Part shown: piece by piece, positions 53,707 through 60,937 of the stretch
How positions within the stretch are numbered: the stretch's first letter is position 1
Layout: each line of letters begins with the position of its first letter
Source: a virus
IMG/VR virus record: IMGVR_UViG_3300045988_087795
Reading direction: 5' to 3' (one strand)
Length of the DNA stretch: 60,937 nt
Program-made: the position numbers and the translations under genes
The notes under the pieces: generated by a model
The model's input: only the letters and a program-made list of their open reading frames with translations
Told to the model about the DNA's origin: nothing
The model's database searches: none

Positions 53707-54879
53707 ATGGCCACAATTCCGGCATTTTCTCCGCCTGACTGGCTGAAAACCGAAACGGCAGAGCAGATCCAGGCGCGCATGATGGAAAGCCTCCCGCCCG
53801 ACATTGACGACACCGAAGGCGGTTTCCCTTGGGACTTTACCTATCCGACAGCGCTTGAAAAGGACGAACTTCTGAATTTCCACCTTGTGGAAACCTTGAA
53901 GCTGATGTTTCCGGCGTGGTCCTATGGTGCATACCTTGACGGCCACGCCAGGGCTGACGGCCTTTCCAGACGCCCGGCGAACGCTGCGGCCGGTATCGTT
54001 ACCTTCACCGGTACGCCTGGCACACAGATCCCGGAGGGGACTGTGGTCTGTGTGCCTTCTTGCGGCGGAGTGCCCGCCATTGAATACGCCACGGATTCCG
54101 CGGCCTACATTGGCGAGGCGACCGACGGGGAGGACGGCACCGTTGACGTTGCTGTAACGGCCGTAGAGCCCGGCCCCACCGGCAACGTGGGCGCGGGAGT
54201 CATTACAATTATGATGGACCCGATTGCAGGCGTTACCCTTGTGAACAACGCCGACAAGATCACCGGCGGCGCAGAGGAGGAAGACGACGAATCCCTCCGC
54301 CTGCGCATTGCGGAGTATGACGAAACTTCGGGCGAATCCTTTGTGGGCTGCGACGCGGACTATATCCGCTGGGCCAAAGAGGTTTCCGGCGTGGGCACGG
54401 TACTGGTTGATGCCCAGTATGAAAAGACGCATCCCAACTGGGTGCGCCTTATTATTCTGGATTCTTCCGGCGAGCCCGCCAACGGCTCTATTATCCAAAA
54501 CGTGTATGACCACATTATGAGGGATGACAACCGGATTGAACGCAAGGCACCTGTGGGCGCAATCCTTCTGGTGCAGGCCCCCGAGGGCGAAGTGGTGAAC
54601 ATTTCCGTCGAGGGTTTGCAGCTGGACGGCGCCAAGACCGCAACGGAGGTGGAAGAAACCTTCCGTTCTGCGCTGATTGAGTATTACATCACTGCCAAGG
54701 CTGACAGCCTGGTGAAGTATAACGAGATCCACGCGGCACTGACCCGCACCGAGGGCGTGAAGAACTTCTCCAAGGTCCTTGTAAACGGCGACGTGAAAGA
54801 CATTCCGCTGGACCCGGCAGACTACCCCTGCACCGGTGAAATCTACGGCATCAAGGACACGGAGGCGACCAGCGAATGA
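53707..54879 (+). CDS. Baseplate J-like protein (XkdT-like)
   Basis: N-terminal DDTEGGFPWDF. Size and position. Confidence 0.75.
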   Translation: MATIPAFSPPDWLKTETAEQIQARMMESLPPDIDDTEGGFPWDFTYPTALEKDELLNFHLVETLKLMFPAWSYGAYLDGHARADGLSRRPANAAAGIVTFTGTPGTQIPEGTVVCVPSCGGVPAIEYATDSAAYIGEATDGEDGTVDVAVTAVEPGPTGNVGAGVITIMMDPIAGVTLVNNADKITGGAEEEDDESLRLRIAEYDETSGESFVGCDADYIRWAKEVSGVGTVLVDAQYEKTHPNWVRLIILDSSGEPANGSIIQNVYDHIMRDDNRIERKAPVGAILLVQAPEGEVVNISVEGLQLDGAKTATEVEETFRSALIEYYITAKADSLVKYNEIHAALTRTEGVKNFSKVLVNGDVKDIPLDPADYPCTGEIYGIKDTEATSE

Positions 54880-55649
54880 GCACCCGGAAGAACTTCGACC
54901 TTGAAAAATTCCCCGAAAACCGCGTTTCCCAGCGCATGATCTCCCGCGTTTCGCCTATCTATGAGCGGTCCTATGTGGCGAAGTGGCTTTATGAGGTCAT
55001 GGGCCAGGAGGTGGACGACGCGGAGATCCGCTTCTCGGAACTGCGGGAGCAGGCAAACCCGGAAACGGCAACTTGGGCCCTGCGCTACTGGGAGCAGCGT
55101 TACGGCATCGAGGTGGACGAGAGCCGGAGCCTGGCAGCCCGCCGGGCGGACATAATCGCCCGCCGCGGCGCCCGTGCTCCGATGAACCCGGAACGTTTCA
55201 AAAGGATTCTTGAAGCAACAACGCAATGCGACGTGGAAATTAGAGAGTATATCGCACCGTATACTTTTGGCGTTTATCTGAAAGCAGATGATGCGGAGGA
55301 AGTAAATGTTCTTCGCATTGTAAAGCAGATAAAGAAAATTAAACCGTCGCATTTGACATATCGCCTATCTCTGCTGTATCAGCCGAAAACGAAGCTCGCG
55401 TATATTTCCGGGAAATTATACAATGTTAATGCATCCTGCACCATCCGGCTGCCGGGTGTGATTCAGCCGCGAGCTGTTGGTGCTACGGCATACACCGCCG
55501 GAGCTGCTGCATCGGCAAGGATGATGGCGGAAGTTAAGCTCCCCGGAATCATTGCCCCGAAATCCGTTTCCGCGCAAGCCTATGCCGCAGGCAGGCTTGC
55601 ACACACACATGAAACCGTAACCATTACGATTGGAGGACAGACAACGTGA
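54876..55649 (+). CDS. XkdU/YmfQ-like tail protein
   Basis: WALRYWEQRYGI...ARRADIIARR. ATGA overlap with the upstream gene. Confidence 0.7.
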   Translation: MSTRKNFDLEKFPENRVSQRMISRVSPIYERSYVAKWLYEVMGQEVDDAEIRFSELREQANPETATWALRYWEQRYGIEVDESRSLAARRADIIARRGARAPMNPERFKRILEATTQCDVEIREYIAPYTFGVYLKADDAEEVNVLRIVKQIKKIKPSHLTYRLSLLYQPKTKLAYISGKLYNVNASCTIRLPGVIQPRAVGATAYTAGAAASARMMAEVKLPGIIAPKSVSAQAYAAGRLAHTHETVTITIGGQTT

Positions 55650-56773
55650 GTTGGGAAAAATCCAGTTACACGAAAGCCGGTGCCGCCCTGCTGTCGGAAT
55701 CTCTCTCCGGCGGCGCACTGACCATTACCCGCGCCGCGAGCGGCACCGGCTCTGTTGACACCGACCTGTCGGCAGAAACCGCAGTCAGCGGCGACACGCA
55801 CGAGCTGTCCTTGCTGGGCATTGAAACCGTCACGGACGACGGCAAAACCGCCCGCAAGGTCAGCATTCAGGCCACCGGTGCAGCAGATACCTACGTTATG
55901 CACCAGATCGGCGTTTTCGGTGTCTTGAACGATGGCGCAGAAACGCTCCTGTTTATCATGCAGGATGAACGCGGCATTGAAGTCCCTGCCGCAAGCACGA
56001 ACTCCGAGTTTTCGTTTGAAATCGCCGTCCTGCTGGCTGTTTCGGCAGAAGCCAACATGTCCATCGCCGTTGACCCTCAGGTGCAGGCGTTGATGAAGCT
56101 GGTCAAAGCCGAGATCGAGAAGCACAATGCCAATGCCGACGCCCATGCGGCGACAATCACGGCAGCGGTCAGCGCAGCCGTGAAGAACCTGTCTGAATCC
56201 GGGGAAATCCTGAACGAAGAACAGGTAAAGGCTCTTATCAAGGAGCAGGTGGACGGCTGCACAGGCGGCGGCTACTATGGCTCCTACGAACTCACCCTTG
56301 CGGCTGACGGGTGGAAGCCCGCTCGCAGCGAGGATGATTACGAAAACGCTGGCGGTATGGATTACTACCAGTGCATTTATGATGCAGAACTGTCGGACAG
56401 CACCAGCGAGCTTGTACCCGTTGGCGTTGTATCTCCCGGCAGCTTCTATACTACGACCAAAGCGGGCGTCCTGAACGGGTGCGAAACGCATGATGGTTTC
56501 ATAAGATTTTTCGCTCAGCGCATCCCGGAAGCAGATATTCAGGCGACCGTAACCCTGTTCGGGAAAGGAGGTGGTTCGGGTGAAACCGGTAGCGTAAGCA
56601 TCGGTCAGGGCTTGAAGCGTGACGCGAGCGGCGCTATTGCCGTCCGCATTGGCGAAGGCCTTGACTTTGACAGCGCAAACGCGCTGACTGTCCGCAAAGA
56701 AACCGTTATGACGAGCGAAGACCTGCTGAACGAGGAAGAAACGCAGCAGGAAATCGTTGATATGCTGAAATAA
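55646..56773 (+). CDS. Tail fibre protein (N-terminal tail-collar-like region)
   Basis: GTGA overlap. TKAGAALLSESLSGGALTITRAASGTG...HQIGVFG. Confidence 0.6.
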   Translation: MSWEKSSYTKAGAALLSESLSGGALTITRAASGTGSVDTDLSAETAVSGDTHELSLLGIETVTDDGKTARKVSIQATGAADTYVMHQIGVFGVLNDGAETLLFIMQDERGIEVPAASTNSEFSFEIAVLLAVSAEANMSIAVDPQVQALMKLVKAEIEKHNANADAHAATITAAVSAAVKNLSESGEILNEEQVKALIKEQVDGCTGGGYYGSYELTLAADGWKPARSEDDYENAGGMDYYQCIYDAELSDSTSELVPVGVVSPGSFYTTTKAGVLNGCETHDGFIRFFAQRIPEADIQATVTLFGKGGGSGETGSVSIGQGLKRDASGAIAVRIGEGLDFDSANALTVRKETVMTSEDLLNEEETQQEIVDMLK

Positions 56774-56791
56774 TTTTAGGAGGACACTATT

Positions 56792-57661
56792 ATGTCTAAG
56801 CAGATTTCTACCAAGACCACCATCCGCAACCTGACCGCCGAGATTAAGAAGACCTTCGTTAAGAAGGACGCCTTTACCCCTGTGCAGACCGCAGCCAACG
56901 CTGCTATCAAGTCTCTTGGCGTTGACGGCAACACCGTGAACTTCTACACCTCTACCGACAAGAGCGGCACTGCTGCTTTCTCCGTTGACTTCCCCTCTGA
57001 GCTGTTCCTCGACCAGACCAAGACCACCTTCGTGGCCAAGTTCAAGTTCGATGCTGCGACCTACCCCGGCGCTACCGACCCCAAGCTGGACGGCAAGCCC
57101 GTCATGGTGCTGGCCGTCAAGGGCGAGAATCCTGACTCCTGCACCTACTCTTTCCTGAGCATGGCTGCGCTGGTGGATACCTACAAGGCTAAGGCCGTCG
57201 GCAAGGATGCTTCCACCACCGTTACCATCGCTGGCTATGAGGTGGATGTCAAGGTCAATGTTTCCGCTGCTGCGGGCAACGCTCTGACCCTGAAGGACGA
57301 CGGTCTGTATGTTCCCACCCCTGAGGAAGTGGACATTTCCGGCAAGGCCGATAAGGTCACTGGTGCTACCACCGGCAACCTCGCTGCGCTGGACGGCGAG
57401 GGCAACCTGACCGACAGCGGCAAGAAGCCTGCCGACTTTGTGGCCGCCGAGGCTGGCAAGCGCCTGATGACCGATGCCGAGGGCGAAAAGCTGGCCGGTG
57501 TCTCTGAGGGTGCCACCAAGACCGCAGCCAGCTCCACCAACGGCAATGTGAACATTGACGGCAAGGAAGTCGTCGTGTACACCGAGCCGGAGAATGTTCT
57601 GCACGACGAGGATGTGGAGGACTTCTCCGCAGAGGAGATCGCCGCTCTGCTGGCTGACTAA
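56792..57661 (+). CDS. Fibre-associated structural protein, hypothetical
   Basis: Strong RBS taggagga. Codon usage is visibly more biased than in neighbouring genes. Confidence 0.5.
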   Translation: MSKQISTKTTIRNLTAEIKKTFVKKDAFTPVQTAANAAIKSLGVDGNTVNFYTSTDKSGTAAFSVDFPSELFLDQTKTTFVAKFKFDAATYPGATDPKLDGKPVMVLAVKGENPDSCTYSFLSMAALVDTYKAKAVGKDASTTVTIAGYEVDVKVNVSAAAGNALTLKDDGLYVPTPEEVDISGKADKVTGATTGNLAALDGEGNLTDSGKKPADFVAAEAGKRLMTDAEGEKLAGVSEGATKTAASSTNGNVNIDGKEVVVYTEPENVLHDEDVEDFSAEEIAALLAD

Positions 57662-57681
57662 GACATGAGGAGGTAAGCTCT

Positions 57682-58131
57682 ATGGCAAAAGCGAAGATCA
57701 AAACGCTTTTGGGCACAGGGCTTGCCGCGCTTTGCAGCCACATCAAGCAGTGCAACACCGCACTCGGAGACCTTTCCGAAGCAACGGCAAACGGATTCGA
57801 GGAAACCGATGACATCCTGCACGAAAAGCAGGATGTCACGGCTGCGGTGTCTTTTACGATTCCGGTCGATGGCTGGGGCGAGGATGATTCCTCCCCCGGC
57901 TATTTTTATTGTGACATCCCCATTGCGGGCCTGTTGGCTACCGACATTGTGGATGTTACGGTACTGCCGGAATTTTACGATGTGGCGGGTGCGGTGGGTT
58001 TTATTGCGACCGAAAGCCTCGAAGGAAAGCTGCGGCTGAGGGCCGCCAAAGCTCCGACCGAGAAAATTTCTGCACAGTATCACATTACAAGCACCGTGAA
58101 ATACACGGCTGCACAGGAAGGGGAAACCTAA
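57682..58131 (+). CDS. Hypothetical fibre-module protein
   Basis: gaggagg RBS. Confidence 0.5.
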   Translation: MAKAKIKTLLGTGLAALCSHIKQCNTALGDLSEATANGFEETDDILHEKQDVTAAVSFTIPVDGWGEDDSSPGYFYCDIPIAGLLATDIVDVTVLPEFYDVAGAVGFIATESLEGKLRLRAAKAPTEKISAQYHITSTVKYTAAQEGET

Positions 58132-58518
58132 ATGGCATACGGTTCTTTTAACGCAGGCCCCGGCAAGGCGCCGGATGAAGATGTTGTCCGCACTAACCAG
58201 ATCGGCGTGCCGGGCGGCATTGCCACGCTGGATGCTGACGGCCATTTGACCGAATCGCAGCGTCCGGCGGTGGACGCATACACCAAGGCTGAAACCGACC
58301 AGCGCATCAGCGCGGCCGTTGACAACCACAACGGTGCGGAGAACGCCCACAGCGACATCCGTGCCAGTGTGGCAGCTATGAACGCCAGCATCAAGGCCAT
58401 TGAGCTGAAGTTCAGCACAAACGTGACGAAAAATCCTTTTTCCGCCACGTTCAGCAGCCTTGACGGCCTGACCGTCACCGGCGTGTGGAACGCAGAACAG
58501 GCGAGGGTGGAGTTCTGA
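58132..58518 (+). CDS. Hypothetical fibre-module protein
   Basis: IGVPGGIATLDADGHL is a motif common in phage fibre proteins. Confidence 0.5.
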   Translation: MAYGSFNAGPGKAPDEDVVRTNQIGVPGGIATLDADGHLTESQRPAVDAYTKAETDQRISAAVDNHNGAENAHSDIRASVAAMNASIKAIELKFSTNVTKNPFSATFSSLDGLTVTGVWNAEQARVEF

Positions 58519-59093
58519 TGGCTGAAACATTCAAGGTCGGCGCGAATGCGCGGGAGCTGTTGCGCTACACTCAGAGGGCAACCCGCATCGTCACCGATGA
58601 CATCAGCCGGAGCGATGCCCGGAAGATCATCCAGAAAGTCGCGGCGCTCGAAGATGTGCGCGACATCCAAAAGTTGTGCGGCACTGCCGTCCATGCACTC
58701 GACACACGGGACAGGGAGGGCTTTTCCAAAAGCACTTTCCGTCTGTACGGTGAGGGCATCCGGCTGACTGCCCGGCAAATCCTGCTGGATGCACACGCGG
58801 CGAACAACGTCAATTTCCAGACCGACTACGACAAGCGCGTTGAGAAGATCGGCGCAGTTGTGGACGGTTGCTCTCTGCTACTGGAATACCTGACCATCTG
58901 CACGGAGGAAGGCATCATCAGTGCGAAGAAAGCCGGTATCTGGACAAAGAAGGTCACGGACGTAAAATACCCGGCGATGAAGTGGCTCACGTCGGAACGC
59001 GGACGTGCCGAAAAACTCCGGGCAGAAGCGGAACGGAAACGGCTGACCGAACAGGCCGCCGCCCTGAAAGCCGTCCTTTACCCGGAACCGTAA
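58518..59093 (+). CDS. avd: Avd-like DGR accessory protein (helical-bundle type), unusually long at 191 aa
   Basis: TGATG overlap with the upstream stop. Pattern ARQILLDAHAAN...KRVEKIGAVVDGCSLLLEYLTICTEEGIISAKKAGIWTKKVTDV..MKWL. Lies directly upstream of the TR. Confidence 0.55.
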   Translation: MAETFKVGANARELLRYTQRATRIVTDDISRSDARKIIQKVAALEDVRDIQKLCGTAVHALDTRDREGFSKSTFRLYGEGIRLTARQILLDAHAANNVNFQTDYDKRVEKIGAVVDGCSLLLEYLTICTEEGIISAKKAGIWTKKVTDVKYPAMKWLTSERGRAEKLRAEAERKRLTEQAAALKAVLYPEP

Positions 59094-59104
59094 ACGCACA
59101 GCTG

Positions 59105-59140
59105 GCAACCGCTTTGCATAAAGGGTGCGGTTTGTTTGTC
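59105..59140 (+). terminator. Weak hairpin plus T-rich run between avd and the TR
   Basis: aaccgc (59107..59112) pairs with gcggtt (59127..59132), followed by tgtttgt. Confidence 0.3.
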
Positions 59141-59143
59141 TGT

Positions 59144-59264
59144 CGCTGCCATTTGGTGGCTGCGCTCTCCGTACACCAACAATAACAACAGCGTCTGGGA
59201 CGTCGACACCGATGGCTCCTACAACTACAACTGGTACAACAACTCCTATGGTGTTCGCCCCGCT
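59144..59264 (+). repeat. DGR template repeat (TR)
   Basis: 121-bp ungapped match to VR 316..436. In the VR frame it reads AAIWWLRSPYTNNNNSVWDVDTDGSYNYNWYNNSYGVRPA, with 8 AAY codons. Confidence 0.9.
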
Positions 59265-59434
59265 CTGATGGAACCGTGTGACGAGTAGGCATAAGCTGAA
59301 AGCAGTGCGCCCATCAAAGGAAACCGCATCCTGTCGCTTGCCGATGCAGGCAAGTGATAAATACATCCCGCTGAGGTGGGCCATCTCTGCCGGATGCAGC
59401 CCACTACCGTAACGCGAACCAGCGGAGGGTCATT
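59265..59434 (+). ncRNA. TR-RT spacer, probably part of the DGR template RNA
   Basis: Non-coding. Hairpins at 59335..59356 (cgcttgcc-gatgca-ggcaagtg) and 59376..59404 (gtgggc...gcccac). Confidence 0.4.
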
Positions 59435-60664
59435 TTGACATACGAAGAACTGTGCAGCTTTGAGGTACTTTACAAAGCCTACCTTGAAGCCCGGAAGGGA
59501 AAGCGCAGTAAAAGCAAAACAATCGAGTACGAGGCGCAGGCGCTGGCCTGCACGGAAAAGCTCTCCCGTAAGCTGGCTGTCTGCAATGTGCGGCAGCCAG
59601 ACGGGAGCATTCGGCAGCAGATACGCTATGTGCCAAGTAAGTTTGAGGTCTTTGCCGTCTACGAGCCGAAGCGCCGCATGGTACACGCCCCCGCATTTGT
59701 GGACAAGGTGGTGCTGCACGCTCTGGTCGATAACATCCTGTATGATGCCCTGACAAAGAGCTTTATCCGGGACAGCCACGCCAGCCAGACCGGAAAAGGC
59801 ACAGACGACGGCCTGATGCGCCTGAAAACCCACATGGTGGACTATTACCGCCGTGAGGGCCACGGCGCGGACGGCTGGGTGCTGAAAGGCGACGTGCGGC
59901 ATTTCTTCGCCAGCATCGACCACCGGAAGCTAAAACGCAAGCTCAAAGCCGTGCTGGACAAGCGCGGCATTGACCCGCGTGTCTATGAGCTGCTTTGCAT
60001 CTACATCGACGTGATGGAGGACGGCTTGCCGCTGGGCTACCAGACGAGCCAGCTTTTCGCCCTCATGTTTTTGGACGAGTTCGACCACATCATCAAAGAA
60101 AAGTACCGCATCAAATACTATGGCCGATACATGGATGATTTCTACATCATCTGTTCGGACAAGAAGAAATTGCAGTGCATTCTCCGGGATGTTCGGGCGC
60201 TCATGGACAGTTACGGCCTTGAGCTGAACCAGAAAACCGCCATTTTCCCGCTGCGGAACGGTATTGATTTTCTGGGATTCCATAGCTACCTGACCGACAC
60301 CGGCGCGGTCATCCAAAAGCTGCTCCGGGATAGCTCCAAGCGGATGAAGAACAAGATCAGATATTGGGAGACGGCATACCCCGCAGGCGAAGTGACCAAG
60401 CAGGAAATCCTGCGGAGCTTTGATGCGTGGGATGCCCATGCCGCCCATGGTGATACTTACTCTTTACGCCGCAAGTACGCTGACCGGCTCGAAAAATTGC
60501 TTGACTGTAAAATCCCTATCCATCGAAAAATCAACTCGAACAAACTCGCGCGTGACAGACGGCGGGCGAGGCAATGCCGCTGCATCTACAAGAAGCAGCA
60601 CAAAGCCCTGTCCCTCTCTGTATCGCAGAACACGCGGCCCGCGGAGATCATGCCGTGGGCCTGA
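59435..60664 (+). CDS. DGR reverse transcriptase
   Basis: TTG start after ggaggg. LPLGYQTSQLFALMFL (SQ-type motif of DGR RTs) and GRYMDDFYII. No maturase or endonuclease tail. Confidence 0.85.
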   Translation: MTYEELCSFEVLYKAYLEARKGKRSKSKTIEYEAQALACTEKLSRKLAVCNVRQPDGSIRQQIRYVPSKFEVFAVYEPKRRMVHAPAFVDKVVLHALVDNILYDALTKSFIRDSHASQTGKGTDDGLMRLKTHMVDYYRREGHGADGWVLKGDVRHFFASIDHRKLKRKLKAVLDKRGIDPRVYELLCIYIDVMEDGLPLGYQTSQLFALMFLDEFDHIIKEKYRIKYYGRYMDDFYIICSDKKKLQCILRDVRALMDSYGLELNQKTAIFPLRNGIDFLGFHSYLTDTGAVIQKLLRDSSKRMKNKIRYWETAYPAGEVTKQEILRSFDAWDAHAAHGDTYSLRRKYADRLEKLLDCKIPIHRKINSNKLARDRRRARQCRCIYKKQHKALSLSVSQNTRPAEIMPWA

Positions 60665-60684
60665 ACGAAAACAAGGAGGTAACA

Positions 60685-60937
60685 ATGGCAAACGTAAAAC
60701 TGGGCACGAAAGCCGTTGGCAGCATTGTCAAAATCAAAGTCAACGGCGCGTCCAAAGATTTTATTGTTGTGCAGCAGGGCAACCCGAACACCAGCACCTA
60801 TGATTCGAGTTGCAATGGAACGTGGCTGCTGATGAAGGACATCTACACCACGTCCACGTTCGGCAACAATAACTCCTACAAGGATTCCAGCATCCACACA
60901 TACCTGAACGGAACGTTCTACAACCTCATCGACAGCA
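60685..60937 (+). CDS. DGR target protein, 5-prime part (runs off the window end and continues at 81..1087)
   Basis: aaggagg RBS and ATG 60685. MANVKLGTKAVGSIVKIKVNGASKDFIVVQQ... has no stop before the window end. Confidence 0.85.
   Translation, partial: MANVKLGTKAVGSIVKIKVNGASKDFIVVQQGNPNTSTYDSSCNGTWLLMKDIYTTSTFGNNNSYKDSSIHTYLNGTFYNLIDS
60858..60937. repeat. Terminal redundancy, identical to 1..80
   Basis: Direct comparison of both ends. Confidence 0.9.

Larger units (their letters stand above)
1..60937 (+). mobile_element. Complete temperate contractile-tailed phage (prophage-type) genome, circular assembly opened inside the DGR target gene
   Basis: All modules are present: lysis, int/CI/Cro, recombination and replication, TerS/TerL/portal/capsid, sheath/tube/tape measure/baseplate. 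Bases 1..80 equal 60858..60937. Confidence 0.85.
58518..60937 (+). mobile_element. Diversity-generating retroelement cassette (avd-like, TR, spacer, RT, target 5-prime part); continues at 1..1087
   Basis: See the component features. Confidence 0.9.

Noticed and set aside
59435-60664. RT as a group II intron or retron RT
   Set aside because: The SQ-type motif, the adjacent adenine-mismatched TR/VR pair and the avd-like gene all point to a DGR. There is no intron-like maturase/endonuclease tail and no retron-type msr/msd inverted repeats.
1-60937. tRNA, rRNA or tmRNA genes
   Set aside because: I saw no cloverleaf-like T-arm/acceptor pattern in the intergenic regions I read. A by-eye scan cannot exclude them, so tRNAscan-SE/ARAGORN should be run.

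Overview
The window is a complete temperate contractile-tailed phage genome, closed as a circle. Bases 1..80 are identical to 60858..60937, so the unique length is 60,857 bp, and the assembly was opened inside a gene.

Almost every gene is on the + strand. Only the lysogeny module (integrase, a membrane protein and the CI-like repressor, 7252..10365) is on the - strand. The DNA is GC-rich, and the PBSX/Xkd-like tail genes and ArpU-like regulator suggest a Clostridia-type Firmicute host. That host call is inference only.

Module order:
- DGR target / tail-fibre gene: 60685 across the junction to 1087.
- Lysis: 1102..3321.
- Promoter-to-terminator accessory ('moron') island holding an ADP-ribosylglycohydrolase: 3489..7196.
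- int / CI / Cro switch: 7252..10739.
- Early genes: SMC-like ATPase, RecT, MBL nuclease, DnaD/DnaC-like proteins, RecU, HNH endonuclease, Lar-like protein, ASCH-MazG-like fusion, YopX, DUF5131, ArpU-like regulator.
- Self-contained ParB-methyltransferase unit: 28972..30763.
- Packaging, head and tail: TerS, TerL, portal, giant MuF fusion, XkdF-like protease, scaffold, decoration protein, capsid, sheath, tube, frameshifted chaperone, tape measure, baseplate, fibres.

The strongest finding is a diversity-generating retroelement (DGR) laid out as avd-like gene, TR (59144..59264), RT, then target gene. The VR is at 316..436. It differs from the TR at 14 positions, and all 14 are TR adenines.

Other notable items:
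- A 1142-aa MuF polyvalent/toxin-like virion protein with a candidate immunity gene.
- A C8 homopolymer that puts the methyltransferase start out of frame.
- A candidate attP framed by phased AAGTAACA repeats.
- Dense repeat arrays around int.

All function calls come from motif recognition by eye. No database searches were run.
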